Shown in pieces: positions 18,604-26,764 of a stretch of 64,000 nucleotides of DNA. The notes beneath the pieces are model-generated. The model was given only the letters and a program-made list of their open reading frames with translations, was not told where the DNA came from and ran no database searches. This DNA is from Candidatus Helarchaeota archaeon (GTDB lineage: Archaea > Asgardarchaeota > Lokiarchaeia > Helarchaeales > RDOG01): assembly GCA_029838215.1 (NCBI GenBank), contig JALGVI010000017.1, forward strand, positions 1 through 64,000. Direction: 5' to 3'. Each line of letters starts with the position of its first letter. Position 1 is the stretch's first letter. Both the position numbers and the translations under genes were made by a program.

Positions 18604-19986
18604 ATGCATATAAAAAATAAAATGCAACTTTTAAATAATAGGAAAGGGAAAATGCAAGAAATCCGGAAAATAATATTAAACTCATTAGAATTTTGTTTAA
18701 AAACAATTGATCCTCAAAGTTTAGTTCAAAAAAATGTAAGAATTAAAAAAAATATTTTAGAAATTGGTAAAATTCAATATAACTTAAAGGAAATAAATGA
18801 TATTTATGTCATTGGAGGAGGGAAAGCGAGTAAGTTAATGGCCCAGACAATATCTTCCATTTTAAATTCAAGGATAAAAAAAGGGATAATAATTGCCTTA
18901 AAAGGAACAATATTTAACAACAATATAAAAAATATAGAAGTTTGGGAAGGAACTCATCCCATTCCGTCAGAGTCGAATATTCAAGGAACCAAAAAAATGA
19001 TGGAAATTATTCAAGATCTTACTTCTAACGATTTAGTTATTGGATTAATTTCTGGAGGAGGATCGGCATTAATTAATCTTCCAGCTCATTCAATTCCACT
19101 TAAAGACATGCAAAAGTTTTATGATATTTTATTGAAACATGATCTTGACATAATAAAGATAAATACCTTACGAAAACATGTTTCTCAAATAAAAGGAGGA
19201 CAGTTGGCTCAGTTATGTTTTCCAACGCCAATGATAAACTTAATAATTTCAGATGTTTTAAACGATCCTCTTGAATATATTGCTTCGGGACCAACCTGTC
19301 CAGATACAACTACTTTTGCCGACTGCATGCAAATCATCACAAAACATCGAGTGAAGGGTATTCCTTCGTCTATCATGCAACATTTCCAAAAAGGATTAAG
19401 AAAAGAAATACCAGAGACACCTAAACCTGGAGATAAATGCTTCACTACAGTTAAAAATATTATCGTCGGAAATCTCAAAGTAGCGTGCGATTCCATACAA
19501 GAATTTTTAACTGAAAAGGGAGTGAATGCTAGCATTATTGACTATAGTTTAAGTGGAAATGTCATGCATTTAGCAAGTTATATTCACGATATAGCGAAAC
19601 GAATGCTTGACAAGCATAAACCATTTGATCCTCCGGGATATCTAATTTTTGGTGGTGAATCTACGGTAGAAATTACATGTATTCCTGGAACGGGTGGACG
19701 TAATCAAGAATTATCATTACACGTAATGAACAAATTTCAAGATGAGGATATAGAATACGTGTTTTGTTCTATTGGAACTGATGGGATTGATGGAAACTCC
19801 ACGGCAGCCGGAGCACTAATTGATTTTCAAACACCAAGAGATGCTCGCAAGAAAGGATTGCAATGTCTTTCTTTTCTACAAGATCATGATTCATATAACT
19901 ATTTTAAGAAATTGAATGATGGTTTGATCATTACAGGACCTACGGGAACAAACGTTGCAGATGTAATGGTATTGTATTTGGAATGA
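18604..19986 (+). CDS. gck: Glycerate kinase type 2 (GckA/TtuD, MOFRL)
   Basis: Motifs IGGGKAS, HPIP, LISGGGSAL, RKHVSQIKGGQL, SDV..D..IASGPT, GGRNQE, GTDGIDG, TGPTGTNVAD. Confidence 0.93.
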   Translation: MHIKNKMQLLNNRKGKMQEIRKIILNSLEFCLKTIDPQSLVQKNVRIKKNILEIGKIQYNLKEINDIYVIGGGKASKLMAQTISSILNSRIKKGIIIALKGTIFNNNIKNIEVWEGTHPIPSESNIQGTKKMMEIIQDLTSNDLVIGLISGGGSALINLPAHSIPLKDMQKFYDILLKHDLDIIKINTLRKHVSQIKGGQLAQLCFPTPMINLIISDVLNDPLEYIASGPTCPDTTTFADCMQIITKHRVKGIPSSIMQHFQKGLRKEIPETPKPGDKCFTTVKNIIVGNLKVACDSIQEFLTEKGVNASIIDYSLSGNVMHLASYIHDIAKRMLDKHKPFDPPGYLIFGGESTVEITCIPGTGGRNQELSLHVMNKFQDEDIEYVFCSIGTDGIDGNSTAAGALIDFQTPRDARKKGLQCLSFLQDHDSYNYFKKLNDGLIITGPTGTNVADVMVLYLE

Positions 19987-20003
19987 AAATAAAAATCCAG
20001 CAA

Positions 20004-20111
20004 TGGTGGACAGGGGGAGAATCGAACTCCCGACCTCGAGCTCTCTTCAGCATTCTTTCAAGCGGAAATGCTTCGTAAGGCTCGCATCATAACCGACTAG
20101 ACTACCTGTCC
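20004..20111 (-). tRNA. tRNA-Val(TAC) with 31-nt intron at 37/38 (20043-20073), CCA encoded
   Basis: Acceptor GGACAGG/CCTGTCC, D arm GTCTAG..GGTTATGAT, stem CGAGC/GCTCG, loop CTTACG|A after intron removal, T-loop TTCGATT. Confidence 0.9.
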
Positions 20112-20223
20112 TATAATAAAATGCAAAATCCAATGAAGATCAAGATAAGATTAATCTTGAGAACACGATTTGTTTTTCAAATCGGAATTAAATATTTTCC
20201 TCTAAAACGATCATTCACAAATC

Positions 20224-20709
20224 TTATTCTGATTTTATCTTGAATGCTCGATGAATTTCATGAATTACGATGGCTGCTGTTCCAATGGTACCCAAATCGC
20301 CTTCGACATCCAAGTAAACGCTTTCTCCTAAGTCTAATTCTTTTTTCGAGAGACCGGGAGTAGAACCACCAAATACGAGTAAGACTTTTTCCTTGGTTTT
20401 TAACGATGAAGCGATTTCGATAGGATCGAATTTCTTCTTACCATGAGGTTTGGGGACGAATAATAAGATCTTTGAAGGTTTTAAGATTTCTAACACGTCT
20501 GGGAGATCTTGCAAGACGATTAGATTTTTTTGGTTCTTAATTACCATCTTGTTAACATCTGGAATGCCACTTTGAGCGGCAGATCCTACAGCTTTAGCAA
20601 TTATTATGGTCTTTAAATTAAATCCGATTATTAATTGAGTCATTTCCCGCATTTTCTGTGTTGAATATACGTTGAATAGACATGCAAGTAAGTTATCCAT
20701 TTCATTCAT
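20224..20709 (-). CDS. SPOUT-fold protein, COG4080/DUF2122-like
   Basis: Motifs NVYSTQKM, GSAAQSGIP, VLQDL.DVLEIL.P, VFGG..PGLS..EL..GE. Confidence 0.75.
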   Translation of the reverse strand: MNEMDNLLACLFNVYSTQKMREMTQLIIGFNLKTIIIAKAVGSAAQSGIPDVNKMVIKNQKNLIVLQDLPDVLEILKPSKILLFVPKPHGKKKFDPIEIASSLKTKEKVLLVFGGSTPGLSKKELDLGESVYLDVEGDLGTIGTAAIVIHEIHRAFKIKSE

Positions 20710-20953
20710 TTTTATTTCAAGCCGTATGAGTTTTTTAAATCATTACGATAGACGTTTTAAAAAGATTTTGACGATAATTTTTTGAAAGAAATGAAAAGAG
20801 ATGATTAATCAAAAAATTACAAGAATTAGGTTTTAATGATTTTGTTTTCATTAAAAATCTTCCGAGAAAGATTAAAAATGGATCTTTTATGATTTAATTT
20901 GCAAGATTTTCTAATTTTGAATTTAGGAAAAAAATTTTGAATTGGTGTAAGTA

Positions 20954-22303
20954 ATGTCCGATAAGAAAATGACTACAGATGAGATTTTGGCCAAATCTCA
21001 AAAGCCTTCAAAGGATGCTCTTGAATTGCATCCGTTTTATAAGGGAAAGATACAAGTCACGGCTAAGTGTGCCATTCGTGATTTTTCAGACTTTAGCATT
21101 TGGTATACGCCCGGTGTTGCTGCTCCATGTCGAGCAATCCAGAAGGATCCTTCTTTATCATTTGAGCATACAAATCGAGCCAATACTGTTTGCGTGATTT
21201 CAGATTGCACGCGAGTTTTGGGTTTAGGGGATATTGGTGCAGAGGCAGGAATGCCAGTTATGGAAGGAAAATGTCTTTTATTCAAATATTTAGGAGGAGT
21301 AGATGCATTTCCATTATGTCTTGATACTAAAGATCCTGAGGAGTTCATTCGCATTGTAAAGGTTCTGCAGCCTTCATTTGGAGGATTTAATCTAGAAGAC
21401 ATAGCGAAGCCTAAATGCTTTCATATTTTGGACACGCTTAGAGCAGATCCTGAAGTTAAAGTTCCAGTTTGGCACGATGATCAACAAGGTACTGCGGCAG
21501 TAACTCTTGCAGGTGCCATTAATGCAGTGGACATAGTAAATAAGAAAAGAGAAGATGTCACGATTGTCTTTTTTGGTGCAGGGGCAGCAAATGTTGCAAT
21601 TTCACGCGTGATGTTTCACGCTGGGTTTGATCCCAAAAAATCAGTTTTCGTGGATTCAAAAGGGATCCTTTCCAAGGCACGTAAGGACATAAAACAAGGA
21701 ACCTATAAATGGGATCTCATTACAAGTACAAATGCAGACGATATCAGTGGAGATATTGCTGAATCATTCAAGGATAAGGATATGGCGATATGCCTTTCGA
21801 AATCGGGTCCAGACGTGGTTAAAAAAGAATGGATTTCTTCAATGGCAGAAGATTCCATCGTTTTTGCATGTTCAAATCCCATTCCAGAAATCTATCCTTG
21901 GGAAGCAAAAGAAGCTGGGGCACGAATCGTGGCTACGGGTCGAAGTGATTTTCCAAATCAGGTAAATAATTCTATGGGTTTTCCTGCAATATTTCGTGGA
22001 ACACTTGATGTGAGGGCAAAAACGATCACGGATGAGATGTGCATTGTTGCAGCAGAATCTTTGGCGAAAACTGCTGCCTTAGAAGGACTGGATGAAGAAA
22101 ACATAATACCGAACATGTCAAATAGAATTGCCTTCATCAACGAAGCCATTGCCGTTGCAGAAAAAGCAATTAGTCAAGGTGTTGCCCGGTTAAAACTTAG
22201 TAGAGATGAAATCAGACATCTTGCTGAAATGAAAATCAATAACGCTCAAGATCAAATAAAGTTATTGATGCGTGAAGGATTTATTCCAATTCCCAAGACT
22301 TAA
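20954..22303 (+). CDS. NAD(P)-dependent malic enzyme
   Basis: Motifs YTPGVAAPC, VLGLGDIG, PVMEGK, NLEDIAKP, WHDDQQGT, GAGAA, ACSNP.PEI, ATGRSDFPNQVNN. Confidence 0.96.
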   Translation: MSDKKMTTDEILAKSQKPSKDALELHPFYKGKIQVTAKCAIRDFSDFSIWYTPGVAAPCRAIQKDPSLSFEHTNRANTVCVISDCTRVLGLGDIGAEAGMPVMEGKCLLFKYLGGVDAFPLCLDTKDPEEFIRIVKVLQPSFGGFNLEDIAKPKCFHILDTLRADPEVKVPVWHDDQQGTAAVTLAGAINAVDIVNKKREDVTIVFFGAGAANVAISRVMFHAGFDPKKSVFVDSKGILSKARKDIKQGTYKWDLITSTNADDISGDIAESFKDKDMAICLSKSGPDVVKKEWISSMAEDSIVFACSNPIPEIYPWEAKEAGARIVATGRSDFPNQVNNSMGFPAIFRGTLDVRAKTITDEMCIVAAESLAKTAALEGLDEENIIPNMSNRIAFINEAIAVAEKAISQGVARLKLSRDEIRHLAEMKINNAQDQIKLLMREGFIPIPKT

Positions 22304-22425
22304 TCATTTTAGCAAATATCTTTTTTAAAAACCGCTCTCTTTTTTTTTAAATTGTTCCTTTGCCATTTTCGCAAAAAAATGCTCATTTTTCCAAAAAATT
22401 GCTCATAACTTCGATTTTTTAGGAC

Positions 22426-22433
22426 TTTATATA
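22426..22433 (+). promoter_or_regulatory. TATA box of the small peptide gene
   Basis: TTTATATA about 27 nt upstream of the first in-frame ATG (22460). Confidence 0.5.
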
Positions 22434-22492
22434 CCGTTGTCAGAAAAAAAGAATCGTTCATGCACAAAACACAATCGCATGAGGTTAAAAAA

Positions 22493-22624
22493 ATGAATGC
22501 AGTCGAACAATTAAAAGAAAGCAAAATCTTGTCAATAATGACCACATTGGTGGCATTTGCAACGGGTTCTAATCTTGCAACCTCTGGAAGTGCCGGTCCT
22601 TGGGGTCCTTGGCCTTTCCCATGA
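22493..22624 (+). CDS. Unannotated 43-aa peptide MNAVEQLKESKILSIMTTLVAFATGSNLATSGSAGPWGPWPFP
   Basis: Read from sequence. SD GAGGT at 22481-22485, ATG 22493, TGA 22622-22624; upstream in-frame ATG 22460 would give 54 aa; poly-T follows. Confidence 0.65.
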   Translation: MNAVEQLKESKILSIMTTLVAFATGSNLATSGSAGPWGPWPFP

Positions 22625-22637
22625 AAAATTTGACCCC

Positions 22638-22653
22638 TTTCCTTTTTTTTTTT
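22638..22653 (+). terminator. Oligo-T archaeal terminator after the peptide gene
   Basis: Run of 11 T (22643-22653) starting about 19 nt after the stop codon. Confidence 0.5.
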
Positions 22654-22668
22654 AATTTTCAAATTTTT

Positions 22669-23168
22669 TGTGAATAAGTGGATTCTCTACGTAAACTAAA
22701 TTCACATAACTTAAGTGATTCAGTTTGTGAATTAATTTTAAATAGACGAGAAAAGAATATTGACGAAATCCGACAAAAAAAGAAAACATTAGAAAGTCAA
22801 TATTGAATTATCATAAATACATCTTTACTTTATATCGGTAATTTATAGAAATTAGAAATTATTATTAATATTCACGTCAAAGTTTAGTTTTTACGTATTA
22901 ATATGGTCGTTCAAGATATTTGAACGTAGATATTAATCAGTTAATATATTTTTTATGAATCAAAGTTCACATAATTCTTATGGTTCACAATTCTTTGTGA
23001 TTAAAATTTTGTCTAATCATACTTGAACCCCATAATTTCCATTGGAACTCGACTTATTTAGACGTTCACATATGTGAAATTATGACCCCTTCATTTCCAT
23101 TGGAAAATCTTGCTACCAATAAGTTTTAAGAAATTTGAAACTTAAAATTCTAGAAAATATAATGTGAA
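22669..23168. repeat. Dispersed TTCACA/TGTGAA motif array, including the palindrome TTCACATATGTGAA
   Basis: Eight exact copies at 22669, 22701, 22726, 22966, 22984, 23065, 23073 and 23163. Confidence 0.8.
23027..23105 (-). promoter_or_regulatory. ORB cluster B: two direct ORB boxes upstream of DP1 (candidate replication origin)
   Basis: TTCCAATGGAAATTATGGGGT (23027-23047) and TTCCAATGGAAATGAAGGGGT (23085-23105); the latter is identical to 18516-18536. Confidence 0.82.
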
Positions 23169-23207
23169 TTTTATAATCGGTCGAAAAAATCAAATAAAAC
23201 AAAAAAG

Positions 23208-24594
23208 ATGGAAATAGATTATATGGATCGCGTGAGGATAATCAAAGCGTTTTTAAACGAGGGTTTTGAAATAGATCCAGCTTTATTGAAGTTCATTCAA
23301 TATCATGATGATTCTGAATCCTGCTTATTTGAAGTATTAAATAGAGTAAAACGAACGAAGAATTTACCTTCTGTCTTGACGTTGTCCTTGATTCAAGATG
23401 GTGTTTCTTCATCAAAAGCTAATAGAAATGCCTCCATTTCATCGAAGGAATCCAGCTTATTTTTGAAAAATGTCAAGCGTTCAAGATTTCATTCTAACGT
23501 GATCATTTACAAAGACCCTACTGGACGTTCTTTCAGTACAGGTCAAGTTGAAGATTTTTCAAACCATTTTTTATTAAGATATCAGATGCTTAAAACCATT
23601 CTTCGCCAGCGTCCAGAGGCGAGAAACGCAATTTCCATCTCTAGAATTAAGTTCATCAATAATTCAGAGATTGGAATCATTGGAATGATACGATCGAAAG
23701 TAGAGAAACAATCACGAAGCATATCACTTGAATTAGAAGATGAAACTGGAAGAATTGTTGGAATAATTTCTTCAAAAGAACAGGAACTCTTGAAGAAAGC
23801 CGTTCACCTGCTAAACGATCAAGTAATTTATTGTAAGGGTCAAAAATGGAATTCTAGTTCGTTTCAAATTAAGGATTTTTTTTGGCCAGATGTTCCATTT
23901 AACAAGCAAGCAACAGGATATTGCCCTTTCCGTAAAATATTTAATAATTGCTGGGGATATCGTTGATGGGATTGGCGTGTATAAAAATCAGGAAAATGAT
24001 TTATATATCAACGACATTAATCAGCAATATGAAAAGGTGGCTTCTTATCTAACGTCCCTCCCCGAAGACCTAACAATAATAATGATTCCTGGAGGAGCAC
24101 ATGATGCAGTTCGAAAAGCATTACCTCAACCTGCTATTCCCAAAAAACACGCACGCGATCTTTATGAAATGAAAAATGTTATAATGCTTGGAAATCCCTG
24201 TTTTTTTTCTATTCATGGAGTCGATTTCCTTGTATACCACGGTGAAGGATTGGATGATGTTATACCTGTCATTCCTGGTCTAAGTTATGAAAATCCGTGC
24301 TCTTGTATGAAAGAATTTTTAAAAAGTCGTCATTTAGCACCTTGCTATGGAACAAAAACAAGTATTATTCCCGAAAAAGAAGATTTCATGGTCATTGATC
24401 GAGTCCCTAACGTGTTGCATTGTGGACATGCCCATGTTTCAGACTATGTTGACTATCGAGGCGTGAAATTAATTAATAGTGGATGTTGGCAAGGTTTGAC
24501 TTCCTTCCAAAAAGAAAGGGGAATAACCCCTACTCCAGCAAAAATATCGATTTTGAATTTGAAGACTTTAAAGACTCAATTCATCCAGTTTTAA
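23208..24594 (+). pseudogene. polB: DNA polymerase D small subunit DP1, split by a frameshifting deletion (may be an assembly error)
   Basis: 5' ORF has the N-terminal helical domain and OB fold to FWPDVP. 3' ORF has VKYLIIAGDIVDGIGVY, HG, RHLAP, GHAH. Phosphoesterase motif I (SDxHxGS) is absent at the junction near 23905. Confidence 0.85.
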
Positions 24595-24716
24595 TTTCAA
24601 TTCGTTAAGCGATTATTTTTTATTAGAAGGAGTTTATTTTATTCCTCAAGAATATTAGATATCATGGTTGTTGGTGACCAGACCTGACGAAGAAAAAGGA
24701 AAAAGACGAAAAAAAA

Positions 24717-25226
24717 ATGCCTACAATAAAAATCATATCAACAGAAACATCAGTATCTATTCCAAAAGATAAACAAGTTTCACCTTCAGATCCTGTCTAT
24801 GATTCATTCCTTGAGAATTTGCAGAGGCGTCCTAAGAAAAGAAAATCGTCTAAAGAACTACTCTTTTCTGAATCGGAGGCTAAACCTGTTGAACCAATCT
24901 CACCTCCTTCAACTATCGATTCAATAGAAGATGATGATTTTGAAGAGGGCGAAACGGGCGAAGGTGGGATGTCAGAGGAACTTTTAAAAACAATGAAAAT
25001 GCTTGAAGAGATAAAACAAGAAAATCTGGCATCTGAAAGTAGCACAACGCTTAAAGAAGACATACCTTTGGAGATTGATGAAAGCATTCTGAAAAAAATC
25101 ACCTGTCCTTTTTGCCAAAGGTCAATACCCCTTCGTAAATTGGAATTCTTACAACAAGGATATTCTGATTATTGTCCATATTGCCATGAAATGATCCTTC
25201 CAGATCAAGTAGCAGACCAGCTATGA
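24717..25226 (+). CDS. Hypothetical protein: acidic/disordered region plus C-terminal Zn ribbon
   Basis: DDDFEEGE tract; CPFC...CPYC. Confidence 0.6.
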   Translation: MPTIKIISTETSVSIPKDKQVSPSDPVYDSFLENLQRRPKKRKSSKELLFSESEAKPVEPISPPSTIDSIEDDDFEEGETGEGGMSEELLKTMKMLEEIKQENLASESSTTLKEDIPLEIDESILKKITCPFCQRSIPLRKLEFLQQGYSDYCPYCHEMILPDQVADQL

Positions 25227-25526
25227 TTATCCTTTTTTTGCTTCAATCTCTTGTAGATTAAACCTTATTGAGAGATTGCCGTGTACTTTCTGGATTTTTT
25301 GCAAAATTTTTAAATAGCGCTTTCCTCGATACTTTAAATCACAAGTTTTTAAACTCGGAGAGTAAAAAATTATGAACCCATTACCATCATCATCTTTGTA
25401 AGTAATGGATGTTTCACCTGTTTCAGCATATTTTAACCGTGTTTTTATTCTGGGAAATAAAATCCCAAATTTTCCACTATACAGGTTTAGAATTAATTCT
25501 TTTATGAACTCATCAGTATGCATCAT
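25227..25526 (-). CDS. Hypothetical protein
   Basis: 99-aa ORF with normal composition filling the intergenic space; no motif recognised. Confidence 0.5.
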   Translation of the reverse strand: MMHTDEFIKELILNLYSGKFGILFPRIKTRLKYAETGETSITYKDDDGNGFIIFYSPSLKTCDLKYRGKRYLKILQKIQKVHGNLSIRFNLQEIEAKKG

Positions 25527-25612
25527 GGTTATAACGGACTTGTTAAATTAGAAATTTAAATGATTTTCGTGAATATTTTCATTTTTTTATTGGGAATGTG
25601 TTTGAAGATATT

Positions 25613-25915
25613 TTAAGATGTATTTCTTACGTATCTTGAGGAATAAAATAAAACAACGCCCACTGATGCAAGAACGACAGTAGTGAGTAGATTAAATACC
25701 ATCGAAATGTAAAAATTTTGTTGTATTTCGGAGTAAATTAGGGGTAAAAACGGGAGATAACTTGCATTTATCAGAAGATAACAAAAAAGCATCGTGAATG
25801 TCAGATTTGCAACTACAAAATAGATCCAGGCAAGATTTAAGAGTATAATACCGCATTTTTGCTCAAAATAATAAATTTCCCAATCTCCTAAGAAAAATTG
25901 TTTGATCTTTTTCAT
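25613..25915 (-). CDS. Small membrane protein (about 2 TM)
   Basis: Two long hydrophobic segments. Confidence 0.55.
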   Translation of the reverse strand: MKKIKQFFLGDWEIYYFEQKCGIILLNLAWIYFVVANLTFTMLFCYLLINASYLPFLPLIYSEIQQNFYISMVFNLLTTVVLASVGVVLFYSSRYVRNTS

Positions 25916-25997
25916 TTAGCATTCCTACCATCTTTTCTCTCTAAAAAATTGGTATTCAAAATTCTTTGTCTTTAAATACGCTTTTCGATAAAAAAAA

Positions 25998-26711
25998 TTG
26001 AATTCTTATTTGAAGGTGAAATTCTTGATCTCTACATATAAAGTAAAGCATCTCACGCCGGATGCAAAAAAAGTCGATATATCTTTAAAAATATTAAAAC
26101 GCACGAATGAAAAAGAAGTTACACTAAAGAAGGATAATTCAAGACATCGGGTTTGCACTTTCATAGCAGCAGATGATACTGGGACCATTAATTTAAATAT
26201 ATGGGATGATGTCATTGATTTAATTCACATCAATGATAAAGTCCAAATTAAAAACGGCTATGTTCGCGAATTTCAAGGTCAAATATATTTGAATATTGGT
26301 CGATTCGGAACGATTGAAACCATTGGAAAAGTTACAGATTCGCCATCAAAGAGCGTGCTGGAATCAACTGTAAAAATTAAAGATTCAATTTCGAAAAAAT
26401 TCGGCTTGAATTTATTAGTAAAAGTGGCTGAAATTTCCGAGATCCGAACAGTTACTGTAAAAAAAGATAATTCGAAGCATGAATTATTGGATGTTTTGGT
26501 TGGCGATGAGACCGGATGCGTTATCCTTACGCTTTGGGATAAGCAAATTCCAAAAATTACAGGATATAATACCTATCAAATAAATAATGCTTATTTATCA
26601 GAATATAATGGAGGATACCGGCTAAATATTTCCCGAAATGGATCAATTCATAAGGTTGATCGGGATATCTCAGTCAATTTACTACACAATCTTTCTCTTT
26701 TAGATGTTTGA
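25998..26711 (+). CDS. Single-stranded DNA-binding protein with two tandem OB folds
   Basis: Repeated KKDNS.H.....(A/V)(A/G)D(D/E)TG.(I/V).L.(I/L)WD...(I/Y)QI.N.Y..E(F/Y).G...LNI.R.G.I. Confidence 0.85.
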   Translation: MNSYLKVKFLISTYKVKHLTPDAKKVDISLKILKRTNEKEVTLKKDNSRHRVCTFIAADDTGTINLNIWDDVIDLIHINDKVQIKNGYVREFQGQIYLNIGRFGTIETIGKVTDSPSKSVLESTVKIKDSISKKFGLNLLVKVAEISEIRTVTVKKDNSKHELLDVLVGDETGCVILTLWDKQIPKITGYNTYQINNAYLSEYNGGYRLNISRNGSIHKVDRDISVNLLHNLSLLDV

Positions 26712-26764
26712 AGTAAAAACCTTCTATATTTCATTTTATCCATAACAATTTTTTTCAGAGGTAA

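Noticed and set aside
22632-22646. ACCCCTTTCCTTT as an additional ORB
   Set aside because: It has the C-string but lacks the spacing and the TTCC..GGAA dyad, and it overlaps the peptide terminator.
22309-22662. 117-aa minus-strand ORF from the track
   Set aside because: It is the antisense shadow of the 43-aa peptide gene and poly-T/poly-A tracts, and has no recognisable motif.
23881-23966. BHB intron or programmed frameshift in DP1
   Set aside because: Sequence is missing rather than extra, no BHB is visible, and a frameshift alone would not restore motif I.
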